Origin: Candidatus Kuenenia stuttgartensis
GTDB taxonomy: Bacteria; Planctomycetota; UBA11346
DNA length: 64,000 nt
Direction: 5' to 3'
NCBI GenBank assembly: GCA_945876185.1
Contig: CAMCMZ010000003.1
Span: 15,454 to 79,453, forward strand
This document shows, piece by piece, positions 37,514 to 50,351 of this stretch. Each line of letters begins with the position of its first letter. Position 1 is the first letter of the stretch. The position numbers were made by a program, and so were the translations under genes. Under the pieces are notes generated by a model. That model saw nothing but the letters and a program-made list of their open reading frames with translations, had not been told where the DNA came from and made no database searches.

Positions 37514-37514
37514 A

Positions 37515-37619
37515 CCTAAAAATCGCAATTGCACCCCATCTGCTGCGTTGGTCGTCAGTCATTGGGCGCTGCCCAACTCCTTCCTCCCGCCTAGCATCTG
37601 GGGCGCACTTGCGATTTTT
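37515..37619 (+). repeat. 102-bp structured repeat, family B
   Basis: TGA-A-CCT-AAAAATCGCAATTGCACCCCA...TGGGGCGCACTTGCGATTTTT directly after the dnaN stop. Confidence 0.92.
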
Positions 37620-37707
37620 CCACGAACCATTTGGGGATGAGAAGATAGGCCAGCAAAGTCTGCACATGAAGGCGAGGGTGCATTGAGATGTTTAGGCTGA
37701 ACGAAAC

Positions 37708-38943
37708 ATGAGTGGCACACCACGCACCGTGCCGGTGGGCCCGCCGCCAGAGGAACCCGCCTGGACCACGGCGGCTACCGCGATCGCCACCCTGCGCGCC
37801 GCCGGTCACGAGGCCTGGGCGGTCGGCGGCTGCGTGCGCGATCATCTGCTCGGACGCACGGCGAAGGACGTTGACGTCGCGACCTCGGCCCGGCCGGAAC
37901 AGGTCGAAACCCTATTCGCCCACACCATCCCGGTGGGCAAGGCTTTCGGCGTGATGATCGTCGTGCTCGACGGCCACAACCTGGAAGTTGCGACATTTCG
38001 TTCCGACGGCTGCTACATCGACGGCCGCCGGCCCGATGCGGTGACCTTCGCAACCGCCGCCGAGGACGTGCACCGCCGCGATTTCACCATCAACGCACTG
38101 CTCATGGATGTGACCACGGCGCAGGTCGTCGACCACGTCGGCGGCCTCGACGACCTCGCGGCGCGGCGCCTGCGCGCGGTGGGCGATGCGGCGGCGCGTC
38201 TGCGGGAAGACCGCCTGCGCGTGCTGCGCGGCCTGCGCTTCGCGGCGCACCTGGATCTCAGCATCGAACCGGCAACCTGGGCCGCGATCACCACAACCAG
38301 CCTGACCGGACTGTCGTCCGAGCGGTTGGTGCAGGAACTCGACAAGGGCCTCGCCGCACCGCGACACCGCTCCCGCTGGCTGGGTCTGCTGCGCACCAGC
38401 GGCGCTTTGACCGGATTGTGTCCGCCTGTGGCGGAACTCCCTGGCCCGGTCCTCGATGAACTTGGCAGCGTGCTCAAGCGCCTTGCGAGTGACGATCCTG
38501 ATTCCCTTCTTGCGGCCTGGTTGCGTCCGGCACCGGGTTGGGGGATCTGGTTGGAAGCGCAGCCGATCTCGCGCCAGCGCCAGCGCCGCGTCAGTTGGTT
38601 TATCGAACAGCTTCGTCCGCCCGCAGACCTCGTCGCCCTCCCCGTCGCCCAGCGCCGCCGGCTCCTGCAGCAGACCGACGCCGCCGCGCTGGTTGCGCTC
38701 GCTCGCGCGCATTGGCCGGACCACGCCGCGCTGGCGGAGCTTGACCACGTCCTCGCGGCAGAGACCGCCGCCGGACCGTTCCATCCGTTGGTGCGTTCTG
38801 ACGACCTGAAAACGCTGGGGTTCGTTCCCGGAAAAGGTTTCGGCGAGACGCTCAAGTGGCTGGAGGACAGGCAATTAGAGGGTGCCTTCACGACGCACGA
38901 CGCCGGCCTCGCGTTGGCTCGGACCCGTTTGGCCAGGCCGTGA
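37708..38943 (+). CDS. cca: Class II CCA-adding tRNA nucleotidyltransferase
   Basis: VGGCVRD...DVDVAT, RRDFTINAL, EDRLRVLRGLRF; the poly(A)-polymerase G[RK][RK]F signature is absent. Confidence 0.85.
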   Translation: MSGTPRTVPVGPPPEEPAWTTAATAIATLRAAGHEAWAVGGCVRDHLLGRTAKDVDVATSARPEQVETLFAHTIPVGKAFGVMIVVLDGHNLEVATFRSDGCYIDGRRPDAVTFATAAEDVHRRDFTINALLMDVTTAQVVDHVGGLDDLAARRLRAVGDAAARLREDRLRVLRGLRFAAHLDLSIEPATWAAITTTSLTGLSSERLVQELDKGLAAPRHRSRWLGLLRTSGALTGLCPPVAELPGPVLDELGSVLKRLASDDPDSLLAAWLRPAPGWGIWLEAQPISRQRQRRVSWFIEQLRPPADLVALPVAQRRRLLQQTDAAALVALARAHWPDHAALAELDHVLAAETAAGPFHPLVRSDDLKTLGFVPGKGFGETLKWLEDRQLEGAFTTHDAGLALARTRLARP

Positions 38944-39230
38944 ACGAGGCCCGTCGACGCAAAACGGTCACCGGAAAGCGGAGGAATTCCCATGCAGCGA
39001 CTGAGCGGTCCGCGTGCCCGGGGATGAACGCGTTGACGCTGGAGCGCGGCGTCTAGGCTGCGCGTCCTGCGATCGTTCCCAGCTGGCGGAACCATTTCGC
39101 CATCCAACGCCGCGCACTTTCAACCTCTACCCTGCCACTACCCCGCCACTACCCCGCCACCGCCCGGCAAAAACCCTTCATCCCTTCAGCCAACCTCACC
39201 TCAGACCAACCAACCTCAGGAGCCTCCATC

Positions 39231-42113
<2,883 letters not shown>

Positions 42114-42143
42114 GTTCCCCGTAGGACGGTGAACGGTAAGCAC

Positions 42144-42190
42144 ATGAGGGCAGGTGGCCGCTTCGCAGCGTACACCTGCCCTCATTTTCT
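42144..42190 (+). terminator. Putative intrinsic terminator of ppdK
   Basis: 13-bp stem ATGAGGGCAGGTG/CACCTGCCCTCAT followed by TTTCT; a second GC hairpin at 42231-42257. Confidence 0.55.
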
Positions 42191-42377
42191 GTCGCAAAGC
42201 AGTCCAGATGGCGCAGCCACCGTCACCGCCGCTTGTCCCCGCGCAGCGGGGACAAGCGCAGCACGCAAGCAGCAAAGCGGCGCCATCGGCCTGGGGTGAA
42301 ACCCTGCGCGGTGGAGTCCAGCCGCAGGGCTGAGTTACCCCGGCGATTGCCGCGTTCAGCCAGCGGCATCCGGCCCC

Positions 42378-44660
42378 TTATTCCGGCGCCTCGATCTGGA
42401 GTGCCAGCGGCAGGTGGACCTCGCTCGCTGGCCCTGCGAGGTTCAGCGCCAGGGTGTAGTCGCCGGGCAGCAGTTCCGGCAGCGGGAAGGAGCGCAGGTA
42501 GCGGCCGTTGAGGTAGACGCTGTTACTTGATTCCAACCGCACCGTCGCACCGCCTGGCGCGCTGAGGCTGTGGCGGACCGGGTTCTGATTCACGCTCGGT
42601 GAGAACAGCAGGCAGGGTGACGACGGCAGACCGAGATCCTCGGCCTGCGCCGCTGTGAGCAGCGCGGCGGACACCGGCAGTCCGGCGAGATCCCGGGTCG
42701 CCCATGACCCGGCGCTCAACCGCAGCTCGACCCGCGCCTGTTGCCGCAGTGCCACCGTCGCCTGGCCATTGAGACGCAGCGATTGCCGCCCCGGCGGCAG
42801 GCGATCGACGCGCGTCAGCGCCTGATCGGGGTGGCCGTCGCCATCCTCGTCCGTCTGGACGATCACTCGGGGCAAACGATTCTGGCGCGAAAACGGGATC
42901 GGCGTCGTCGGGCCATTGCCGAAGATGGGCAGGTTTCCGCCATCGGGCAGGGTCGCGCTGGCCCAGCTCAGGGCGACTCCGCCGAGGCGCTCCGGGTCGA
43001 TGCGCGGCTCGACCCGCAGGACGCAGCCGACCAGCAGGCTGCGCCCGCCGCCATCCGGCCCGCGCCGCAACTCGATCGCGGTCTGCGTCACCTCGACCAG
43101 CAATGGTCCACAGGCGAAAACCGGGGCCGTGCCCGGCCGGTCTGCTCCGGCAGCAGCCAAGTGGGCTGGGGCGGCGGCCAGGTGGACAGGCCCACTCACC
43201 ACTTTGCCCATGGCCTCGCCAGCCGGCGGATTGGCGGGAAGCACCACCAGGTCGTAGGCACGGCAGAGGGTGAGCACCGCCTCCCACCAGGTGCCGTCGA
43301 AGGCCGCCAGCGTCGCCCGGCGCTGGTCGTCGATCCCGAACGAGAGCAGCACTGACTGGCCGTCGGCACAGAGCCGGCCGACGGACTCGGCCAGGGTGGC
43401 CGCACCGGCGGCCCAGCGCACCCGGGCCGGCTCCAGGGGAAGACGGGTCGCTAGCACGGGCGCGGCGGCGAGGTCCAGCGGGAAGTGCAGGGGCAGGCTG
43501 ACGCTGGCGAAGGCGACGAAGCCCTTCACCCGGGCGACATGGGCGCCGTCCTGCGCCGCTGTGAACACCCGGGTCAGCGATCGCTGGCCCTTGCCGGCCT
43601 CCTGCCCGCGCGACATGCCGCGATTCGCCAGGGCTGCGCCGTCGCGCAGCAGGATGAGCACCGGATCGCCGGCCAGGGCGGCCTTCGGCCAGGTCAAACT
43701 GAGCGCGAGCTTCGCGTCCTGGTCGGCGAGCTTGAGCAGCAGGCGGTTGTCGCCCGGGGTCGCTTCGCTGGCTGGCGCCTGTCCGGTCGGTGGACCAGCC
43801 GGTGGACCGAGGACGATCCGGGCCTGGTCGCCCACCGCGAGCGGAACGTCAGCTGACCAGGGTTCGATCAGGGAAACCAGGAGATCGCCGGCAACGTCGG
43901 CCCCGGCGGGCGTGGCGTTCGGACTATGCGGGAGTGGGGCATCTAAGGCTTCCAACCGCAAGGCATTGGTTCCGCTCGCCGGATCGCTGGAACGCCCAAC
44001 GATTCGCAAGCCGGCACCCTTTGTCTCGGTGATCGCATTCCAGGTCACCCGGCAGGTGCCCAGACGGCCGAGATCGGTGCGCGGTTCGAGCCGGAGCGAG
44101 AATCGGCCCTGGATCCAGGGCTTGAGAGGACCCGCGCTGCCGATCAGCGTGCGCGGCTGGTGCAGGATGGCTTCGCGCACAGACACCAGCGCGGCGCCGC
44201 ACGGGATGAGCCGTTGCGGGGCTCCCGCGTCGGCCGGTGCGAGCTCGACCGGCCCAACCCGGATCTGCACCGCGTCCTTGTCGCTGGTGTCCGACCGCAC
44301 CAGCGGCAGATGCACCATGCCGGGCAGCGGCGCGAGGCTGAACCGTTCCCCCACCCAGGCCACCGCCTGCCAATACGTGCCCTGGAATCCTGCGGTTTCA
44401 GCGCGTTGACCGCCCTCTACGCCGGGCGCGAGGCGGGTCGGATTCCCGCCGGCAGCGAGCGCAGCGACGGCCTCGGCCAAGGTGAGCGGCCCGGCCGGGA
44501 TCGCGACCGCCGTGGCGGTGAAGGCCTGATCCGTCAGACGCTTCCGTTCTGCCGCCGGCAACGCAAGCGCCGGGCGGTCGACTACCACCTCAAGTTCCTT
44601 CGCCGCCACCTCACCGGCAAGTGCGACCAGGAATCCGGTGCAAAGCGCGGGTCGCCACAT
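42378..44660 (-). CDS. Large secreted hypothetical protein with an internal duplication
   Basis: Signal peptide MWRPALC...; two homologous blocks (TLAE.V..L...F.GT.W.AV...GPV.LA...CG..LV.V...R.EPR.D). Confidence 0.7.
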   Translation of the reverse strand: MWRPALCTGFLVALAGEVAAKELEVVVDRPALALPAAERKRLTDQAFTATAVAIPAGPLTLAEAVAALAAGGNPTRLAPGVEGGQRAETAGFQGTYWQAVAWVGERFSLAPLPGMVHLPLVRSDTSDKDAVQIRVGPVELAPADAGAPQRLIPCGAALVSVREAILHQPRTLIGSAGPLKPWIQGRFSLRLEPRTDLGRLGTCRVTWNAITETKGAGLRIVGRSSDPASGTNALRLEALDAPLPHSPNATPAGADVAGDLLVSLIEPWSADVPLAVGDQARIVLGPPAGPPTGQAPASEATPGDNRLLLKLADQDAKLALSLTWPKAALAGDPVLILLRDGAALANRGMSRGQEAGKGQRSLTRVFTAAQDGAHVARVKGFVAFASVSLPLHFPLDLAAAPVLATRLPLEPARVRWAAGAATLAESVGRLCADGQSVLLSFGIDDQRRATLAAFDGTWWEAVLTLCRAYDLVVLPANPPAGEAMGKVVSGPVHLAAAPAHLAAAGADRPGTAPVFACGPLLVEVTQTAIELRRGPDGGGRSLLVGCVLRVEPRIDPERLGGVALSWASATLPDGGNLPIFGNGPTTPIPFSRQNRLPRVIVQTDEDGDGHPDQALTRVDRLPPGRQSLRLNGQATVALRQQARVELRLSAGSWATRDLAGLPVSAALLTAAQAEDLGLPSSPCLLFSPSVNQNPVRHSLSAPGGATVRLESSNSVYLNGRYLRSFPLPELLPGDYTLALNLAGPASEVHLPLALQIEAPE

Positions 44661-44727
44661 GCCGGCCGAGTCTGCGCCCACGCCCCACCAGGGTCAACGC
44701 ATGGGTCGGCCGATTGAAGTCGGGTGT

Positions 44728-44754
44728 CCTGGGACCGCCGGTTTTCAACCGGCC
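44728..44754 (+). repeat. GGGA-tagged REP
   Basis: CCTGGGACCGCCGGTTTTCAACCGGCC, identical to 46590-46616. Confidence 0.85.
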
Positions 44755-44904
44755 GCGAGAAAGGCCACCCGACCCCCGGCCACGGAATCGTCGCACAGAC
44801 GCCTGCGCCAGGGAGGGTCGTGCGTCGGTAGGCATCGGGTGTTCCGGAAGGTTCCGGCTCGCCGTTCTCGTTGCCTCCCCTGTTGACCGTCCGAACATCC
44901 CGCC

Positions 44905-45783
44905 ATGCGCGTCCCCTTCACCAAGATGCACGGCTGCGGCAACGATTACGTCTACCTGGATGCGATCGGCGGCAAAGTTCCGCCGCCGCGCTCGTGGTCG
45001 GCGCTGGCGCGCGCGATGAGCGACCGCCACACCGGCATCGGTGCTGACGGCCTGATCGTGCTCGCGCCCTCGCGCCGCGCCGACGTGCGCATGGCGATGT
45101 ACAACGCCGACGGCAGCCCCAGCGAGATGTGCGGAAACGGCATCCGCTGCCTGGCCAAACTCGCCGCTGACCACGGCCATGTGCGTGGAGGGTCGCTCAC
45201 GGTCGAGACCGGCGCCGGGGTGCTGGGCGTCGAACTCGTGCGCCGGGGCCGCGTCGTGGTGGGCGCCAGCGTCGCGATGGGCCGGCCGCGCCTGACGCCG
45301 GCCGGGATCCCGGCCCTCCACCCCGGTCCCGGACCGCTCCTGACGCTCGCCCTGACCGCAGCGGGAATCGACGTGGATCTGGTCCTGGTCGGCATGGGCA
45401 ATCCGCACGCAGTGGTCTTCGTGCCCGAGCCCGACAACTTCCCGGTCGAGTCAGTCGGCCCGAACATCGAACGCGATCCCGTCTTCCCCCGCCGCACCAA
45501 CGTCGAGTTCGCCGCCGTGATCCAGGGCGCGCGGCCTTTCACCCGCCAGATACCGATCCTGCGGCAAAGAACCTGGGAACGCGGCAGCGGCGAGACCCTG
45601 GCCTGCGGCACCGGCGCCTGCGCCGTCACCGTGGCCGCAATCCTCACCGGCCGCATCACCGGCCGCCGCGCCAAGGTCCGCCTGACCGGTGGCGACCTCG
45701 ACATCGCCTGGCCAGCCGACGACGCCGAAGTGCGCATGACCGGCCCGGCCGCGACGGTGTTCGACGGCGTGTGGCCGGGCTGA
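44905..45783 (+). CDS. dapF: Diaminopimelate epimerase
   Basis: FTKMHGCGNDY, GIGADG, YNADGSPSEMCGNG, MGNPH, WERGSGETLACGTG. Confidence 0.97.
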   Translation: MRVPFTKMHGCGNDYVYLDAIGGKVPPPRSWSALARAMSDRHTGIGADGLIVLAPSRRADVRMAMYNADGSPSEMCGNGIRCLAKLAADHGHVRGGSLTVETGAGVLGVELVRRGRVVVGASVAMGRPRLTPAGIPALHPGPGPLLTLALTAAGIDVDLVLVGMGNPHAVVFVPEPDNFPVESVGPNIERDPVFPRRTNVEFAAVIQGARPFTRQIPILRQRTWERGSGETLACGTGACAVTVAAILTGRITGRRAKVRLTGGDLDIAWPADDAEVRMTGPAATVFDGVWPG

Positions 45784-45817
45784 AGGTGAAACGAGATGGC
45801 CACACCGACGCCAACCT

Positions 45818-45918
45818 GGATGGCCACAAAGAGCACAAAGAGCACAGAATATTCCGTGTAGCTGAACGAATCTAGCTCCCACCACTCTTTGTGACCTTTG
45901 TGCTCTCTGTGGCCATCC
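45818..45918. repeat. Long intergenic hairpin GGATGGCCACAAAGAGCACAAAG...CTTTGTGCTCTCTGTGGCCATCC
   Basis: ~23-bp imperfect inverted arms with an internal 9-10-bp tandem, between dapF and mntP. Confidence 0.7.
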
Positions 45919-45945
45919 CTGGTTTTCCCCACGATTTCCCCGCCC

Positions 45946-46506
45946 ATGACCCTCACCGCCTTCACCACCGTCTTCATCACCGCCCTCGGCCTGTCGATGG
46001 ACGCCGTCGCGGTGTCGATCGCTGCCGGGATGTCGTCAGCCCGCGTCAGTTGGCGTCAGGCTGCGGCGATGGCCGCGACCTTCGGCTTCTTCCAGGCTGT
46101 CATGCCGGCGCTCGGCTGGGCCCTGGGCAGCGTCGGTCGGCAATGGATGTCCGCCTGGAGCCACTGGATCGCGTTCGTCCTGCTCGCGGCGATCGGCGGC
46201 AAGATGGTCTGGGACGCGCTGCGCCCCGCTGAAGCGGAAGACACACCTGCCCGCGATCCCTTCGCCCTGCGCCGGCTGTTCCTCCTCGGCGTGGCTACTT
46301 CGATCGACGCGCTCGCCGTCGGCGTCGGGTTCTCACTCGTCGAGATCCCGCTGTTCGCCACCGTCGCCATCATCGGTGTCACCACCGCCGCGCTCTGCCT
46401 GCCCGCAGTGCTGCTCGGCCGCCGCCTCGGTGAACGCTTCGCCCACCGTGCGGGTCTGATCGGCGGCCTCGTCCTCATCGCGATCGGAGTGAAACTGCTG
46501 GTCTGA
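45946..46506 (+). CDS. mntP: Manganese efflux pump MntP (DUF204)
   Basis: ALGLSMDAVAVSI, FGFFQAVMP, HWIAFVLL..IGGKM, ATSIDALAVG, GGLVLI.IG. Confidence 0.93.
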   Translation: MTLTAFTTVFITALGLSMDAVAVSIAAGMSSARVSWRQAAAMAATFGFFQAVMPALGWALGSVGRQWMSAWSHWIAFVLLAAIGGKMVWDALRPAEAEDTPARDPFALRRLFLLGVATSIDALAVGVGFSLVEIPLFATVAIIGVTTAALCLPAVLLGRRLGERFAHRAGLIGGLVLIAIGVKLLV

Positions 46507-46507
46507 C

Positions 46508-46616
46508 CCCGGGATCGCGGCCGTCTCGGCCGCACGTGGATTTTGCCAGGTGCGCCGGCAAGCCACCAAAGCCAACACAAACGCTTGCGCCTGGGACCGC
46601 CGGTTTTCAACCGGCC
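46508..46616 (+). repeat. Two GGGA-tagged REP variants (CCCGGGATCGCGGCCGTCTCGGCCGC; CCTGGGACCGCC...)
   Basis: Located between convergent mntP and YkgJ genes; the second is preceded by AAACGCTTGCG as in MITE A. Confidence 0.7.
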
Positions 46617-46632
46617 GTCGGCGACGGACGCT

Positions 46633-47658
46633 TCACCCTCCAGCCAGCACCCCCTCCGCCTTCGCGATCCAACGCCGCGCCGCATCCGCCGGATCGCCGC
46701 CGCACGATTGCAGCAGGTGCAGAGCCAGACGAAGGCAGATAGCGGAGGCCTCAGCCAGCGCCCGCGCGTCGCCGCCGTGGCCGAACTCGTCCTGCAACCG
46801 CGCTTGCAGCAATTCCCGATGCTGGTGCGCGAACGCGGCCCCGCCCAGGGCTGGATCAAGTCCGGGATCAAGGAGCAGCCGGAAGAGCCGAGTCGGGATG
46901 GCGGCGCTGCGGGCGGCCGGATCCTCACCGATCGTTTCGCGCCAGCGCTCAAGGAACCCCTGGTCGCGCGCCGCCAGACCGCTGTCGAAGACGAGCACGA
47001 ACGCAGCCTCTGCCAGATCCTGCGCGACTTCCAGATAGGCGTCTTGCGCCTCGGCCGCCGCCGCGACGCCCTGCGCCGCGAGGTAGTCACCGACGCTGAC
47101 CTGGGGCAACGACCGCACCTCGGGACATCCCGCCAGGCACGGGAAGGTCCGGCCTTCATGGACGAACCGGAGTTTACCGCCATTTCCTGCCCCGCCCTGC
47201 CGCACCCGCCCGAGCGGATACAGCCGGCAGGCCAGCGGCCGCCCGGCATGGGCGAGGCAGCCGCGCGTCGTGGACTCGTACTGCGAACAGGCCGGCAACC
47301 CGTGCGCGTCGGGTTCACCAGCGAACCGCAAGCGGATCCCGCCACCGGTCGTGCAGGCCGCGATGAACGCGTGGACCGCCAAGCCGCGCGCCGCCGCCAA
47401 CCCGGCCAATTCCCACGGATTCAGCCACACCACCTTGCCGAAGCAGCAGGTTCCCGCCCGGGTGCAGGTCAACGGCAGACGGTCGGCGGCGGTGAGGTTG
47501 GTCAGACGAGTGAGACGAGTGAGCACGGCAGGGAGGCTGGTCCAACGCCTACGCGGGCAAGTCCGGGCACGGTTCCCAGCCATCGCCCCATTCCGCCCGC
47601 CGCGCGGCGGCGAAGCGCGGATCGCTGCGGCGGATGCGTTCGCCACCGGCCGTCGCAT
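46633..47658 (-). CDS. YkgJ-family cysteine-cluster (CxxCxxCC-like) protein; true start probably near 47530
   Basis: TCTRAGTCC, ACSQY, CLAHAGRPLACRLYP, CLAGCP. Confidence 0.8.
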   Translation of the reverse strand: MRRPVANASAAAIRASPPRGGRNGAMAGNRARTCPRRRWTSLPAVLTRLTRLTNLTAADRLPLTCTRAGTCCFGKVVWLNPWELAGLAAARGLAVHAFIAACTTGGGIRLRFAGEPDAHGLPACSQYESTTRGCLAHAGRPLACRLYPLGRVRQGGAGNGGKLRFVHEGRTFPCLAGCPEVRSLPQVSVGDYLAAQGVAAAAEAQDAYLEVAQDLAEAAFVLVFDSGLAARDQGFLERWRETIGEDPAARSAAIPTRLFRLLLDPGLDPALGGAAFAHQHRELLQARLQDEFGHGGDARALAEASAICLRLALHLLQSCGGDPADAARRWIAKAEGVLAGG

Positions 47659-48565
47659 CCGCCCGGCAGAGCACCAGATCGATGCCGGGATTCCCGCGCT
47701 GCGGCGGGGCGAGGATCCGCGCGGGTACCGGCGCGACCGGTCGGCGCGTGACGACCAGATAGCAATACGGCTCGTCTTCGTACCCGAGTTTGCCGTCCTT
47801 GATCATCCGGTGCAGGCGCGAACGCGGCAGGCGCACCGACATATGGCACCAGCCGGGCAGCGCACGGGAACGCGGCGTCGCGGCAACGGCCGGGGCATCC
47901 GCCGGTGCGGCGAGCGGACACGCCAGCGCGTGCGGACACGGGGCGGCGATCGACGCTCCGCCCGCGATCAGGCGGCCGCGCACCGCCGCAATCGTCGCCG
48001 CACCGCGCGGGGTGCCGGGTTCGACGATCGCGAACCAGCCAGTGCAGCGGGCCCAGGCCGCATCCACCACCGCATCGCGCGCCTCGGGAGCGAGTTCGCC
48101 CAGGCAGTAGCCGGCGGTGATGAGGTCGTGGCTCTTCGGCGTGGCGACCTTCGCCCAGATCGCGAGATCGCTGCCGTTCCACGTGGTTGATTCGAGGTCC
48201 GTGCCGGCGGCCAGGCGTTGCGCCAACGTCGTCAGGCCGGGGTCGCGCTCGATGGCGCTAAATCGTGCTCCGAGGCAACTCCGTTCGCGTGCTGCCCACA
48301 GCGCCGCCCCAGTGCCGGCCCCCAAATCGAGCACGTCGGCCACGTTGGTGACGCCCGCCGCGCGCAACGCCGCCGCCATTGCGGCGGCCGTCGCCGGCAT
48401 GCGGGTCAGGGCATAGGCCAAGCGATCGCGCGCATCCGTGAAGACGCTCCCTGCCGTGCCGCCATCCACACGGTAACGCGCCGACATCCGCGCGGCGGCC
48501 TCGGCGAGACCAGGCGGCGGATCGATGGCAGCGAGAACCTCAGCAAGACCAGCGGGAAGCACCAC
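47549..48565 (-). CDS. Rsm22-family SAM-dependent methyltransferase
   Basis: YALTRMPATAAA, VLDLGAGTG, YCLGEL, VEPGTPRG, APCPH...CP, WCH...R, EDEPYCY. Confidence 0.85.
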   Translation of the reverse strand: MVLPAGLAEVLAAIDPPPGLAEAAARMSARYRVDGGTAGSVFTDARDRLAYALTRMPATAAAMAAALRAAGVTNVADVLDLGAGTGAALWAARERSCLGARFSAIERDPGLTTLAQRLAAGTDLESTTWNGSDLAIWAKVATPKSHDLITAGYCLGELAPEARDAVVDAAWARCTGWFAIVEPGTPRGAATIAAVRGRLIAGGASIAAPCPHALACPLAAPADAPAVAATPRSRALPGWCHMSVRLPRSRLHRMIKDGKLGYEDEPYCYLVVTRRPVAPVPARILAPPQRGNPGIDLVLCRADATAGGERIRRSDPRFAAARRAEWGDGWEPCPDLPA

Positions 48566-48604
48566 CGCACGATGCCCCCGCCGGCGTCGCAGCAAGTGCC
48601 CGCG

Positions 48605-48713
48605 CCTGGGACCGCCGGTTTCCAACCGGCCGCTGGCCCTGTGGCGATCCGGCCAAGGCCAAAATGACCAGGGAATAGCAGATAAAAACGTGATCGGCCT
48701 TGGCCGGATCGCC
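48605..48713 (-). repeat. TIR-less relative of the MITE-A interior (REP + long hairpin)
   Basis: REP followed by GGCGATCCGGCCAAGGCC...GGCCTTGGCCGGATCGCC; same order as the MITE-A reverse complement, with a compensatory G>T/C>A change. Confidence 0.75.
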
Positions 48714-48891
48714 AGTCCACCTTGTACCCACACCCAACCCCAGCGCCGGCGTCCACGCCGGCCAGGACAACCGCACCAGTCGGAGGTCCACCCCATGGAT
48801 GTGGCCGCCTGACGCCAAACCAAACCCTTGACCCGCATCAAGGCCAGCGGTCGATCGCGTGACACCCTGCACGCCATCACCGGGGGCCGCC

Positions 48892-49719
48892 ATGCTACGC
48901 ACCATCATCACCATCGACGAAGCCGCCTGCGACGGTTGTGGCCAGTGCGTGGGCGGCTGCCACGAAGGCGCGATCGCCCTCGTTGACGGCAAGGCCAAGC
49001 TGGTGTCCGCAACCTACTGCGACGGCCTGGGCGCGTGCCTGGCGACCTGCCCGCGCGGGGCCATCCACACGCACCAGCGCGAGGCCGACGCCTACGATCC
49101 GCACGCCACCGCCGCCCACCTGCAACGCCTCGGCCGCCCGCTACCGCCGGAACTCGCCGCGCACGCGGTAACGCGAGTTGCCCCACCCTGGGACCGCCAG
49201 GCTCCAGCCTGGCCGCACCCGGCAAACACCACGTTGGCGCCCGCCTCAAGCCCCGCCCCCGCCGGCCATGGCGGCTGCCCCGGTGCCAGCGAACGCACCC
49301 TGGCCCCGCCGCCGTCGCCCAAGGCCCCGGCCGCATCGGTCGACCAGCCCAGCCAACTCCGTTCCTGGCCGGTCCAGCTCGCCCTGGTCAATCCCGCCGC
49401 GCCCTTCCTGCGTGGCGCGCACCTGCTGATTTGCGCCGACTGCGTGCCGTTCGCCGTGCCAGGCTTCCACCGCGACCACCTCGCCGGCAAGATCGCGCTG
49501 ATCGGTTGCCCCAAGCTCGACAACCTGCCGGCCTACACCGAAAAACTCACCGCCATCTTCGCCCAGGCGCAACCGGCCTCCGTGACCGTGATGCGGATGG
49601 AGGTCCCCTGCTGCGGCGGTCTCGCCCACGCCGTTCAGCAGGCCGCCACCAGCGTGGAACCCGCCCCGCCGGTCACCGTCCTCATCACCGCGATCAGCGG
49701 CCAGGTGATGGAGCCGTAG
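48892..49719 (+). CDS. 4Fe-4S dicluster ferredoxin-domain protein
   Basis: CDGCGQCVGGC, CDGLGACLATCP, GCPG, WPVQL, ADC, GCPKLD, MEVPCCGG. Confidence 0.9.
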   Translation: MLRTIITIDEAACDGCGQCVGGCHEGAIALVDGKAKLVSATYCDGLGACLATCPRGAIHTHQREADAYDPHATAAHLQRLGRPLPPELAAHAVTRVAPPWDRQAPAWPHPANTTLAPASSPAPAGHGGCPGASERTLAPPPSPKAPAASVDQPSQLRSWPVQLALVNPAAPFLRGAHLLICADCVPFAVPGFHRDHLAGKIALIGCPKLDNLPAYTEKLTAIFAQAQPASVTVMRMEVPCCGGLAHAVQQAATSVEPAPPVTVLITAISGQVMEP

Positions 49720-49831
49720 CAGGTGCAGGTGCGGCAGGCGATAGCCCTGGCGGCCCGGGGCGCCGCAAAAGTCGGCCTTCCTGGGAGCGCCGGCGTCTCG
49801 CCGGCTGGAAAAGCAGCATCCGAAGGATGCC

Positions 49832-50024
49832 CTGGGGATTGGCCATTCGTACGGGGTGATCAGGCGAGCCGGCCAAGGCCGACCAAAATTATCCGGCAAT
49901 TCACCATCTTTCCGGCCTTGACCGGCTCGCCTAGCGGTCAGCGGCCGGTTGCAAACCGGCGGTCCCAGACGCAAGCGTTTTTGCTGGTTTTTGTAGTTTG
50001 AAGACGCAAATGGCCAATCCCCAG
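49832..50024 (+). mobile_element. 193-bp MITE, family A, copy 2
   Basis: Same 16-bp TIR; 8 substitutions vs copy 1; 17-bp flanking repeat AGCATC(C/T)GAAGGATGCC at 49815-49831 and 50025-50041. Confidence 0.9.
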
Positions 50025-50225
50025 AGCATCTGAAGGATGCCACCAACCGACTTATGAGATGGCCTGCCTGGCGGCCCACGCCGGCCGCTGCAGGCGCCAC
50101 GGGGCGTTGGCAGACCCGTGCGGAATGCCCTCGATTGAGCGGATTTCCTCAAGATAGCGGCCCAGCGCCCAGCGAACCAGCAGGCCAGCGGAATGAGAGT
50201 TGCACCGAGTCGCAGGCCTCCACGA

Positions 50226-50253
50226 TTGACACCCCACAGGCCGGGGCTACCTT
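50226..50253 (+). promoter_or_regulatory. Possible sigma70 promoter of the pilin cassette
   Basis: TTGACA-N16-TACCTT about 100 bp upstream of the first pilin gene. Confidence 0.3.
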
Positions 50254-50351
50254 ACGGCCACTCTCTGTCTTCTTTCCCCGGCACCCACCGGCCTTCTTTT
50301 ATGACATACGACGCACAGCCTGTATTAGTCCTAGGGCAAGGCCCGGTCCGG

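Noticed and set aside
45784-45945. yybP-ykoY Mn riboswitch upstream of mntP
   Set aside because: I could not see the conserved riboswitch motifs; the space is filled by a REP-like long hairpin. An Rfam search would settle it
48176-48189. Third parS site (GTTCCACGTGGTTG)
   Set aside because: Only 11 of 14 bases match, the right half-site is broken, and it lies inside the Rsm22 coding sequence
50052-50237. Small ribbon-helix-helix protein (GLLVRWALGRYLEE)
   Set aside because: Only a helix-B-like fragment, with no beta-strand or RBS support; it overlaps the probable pilin promoter
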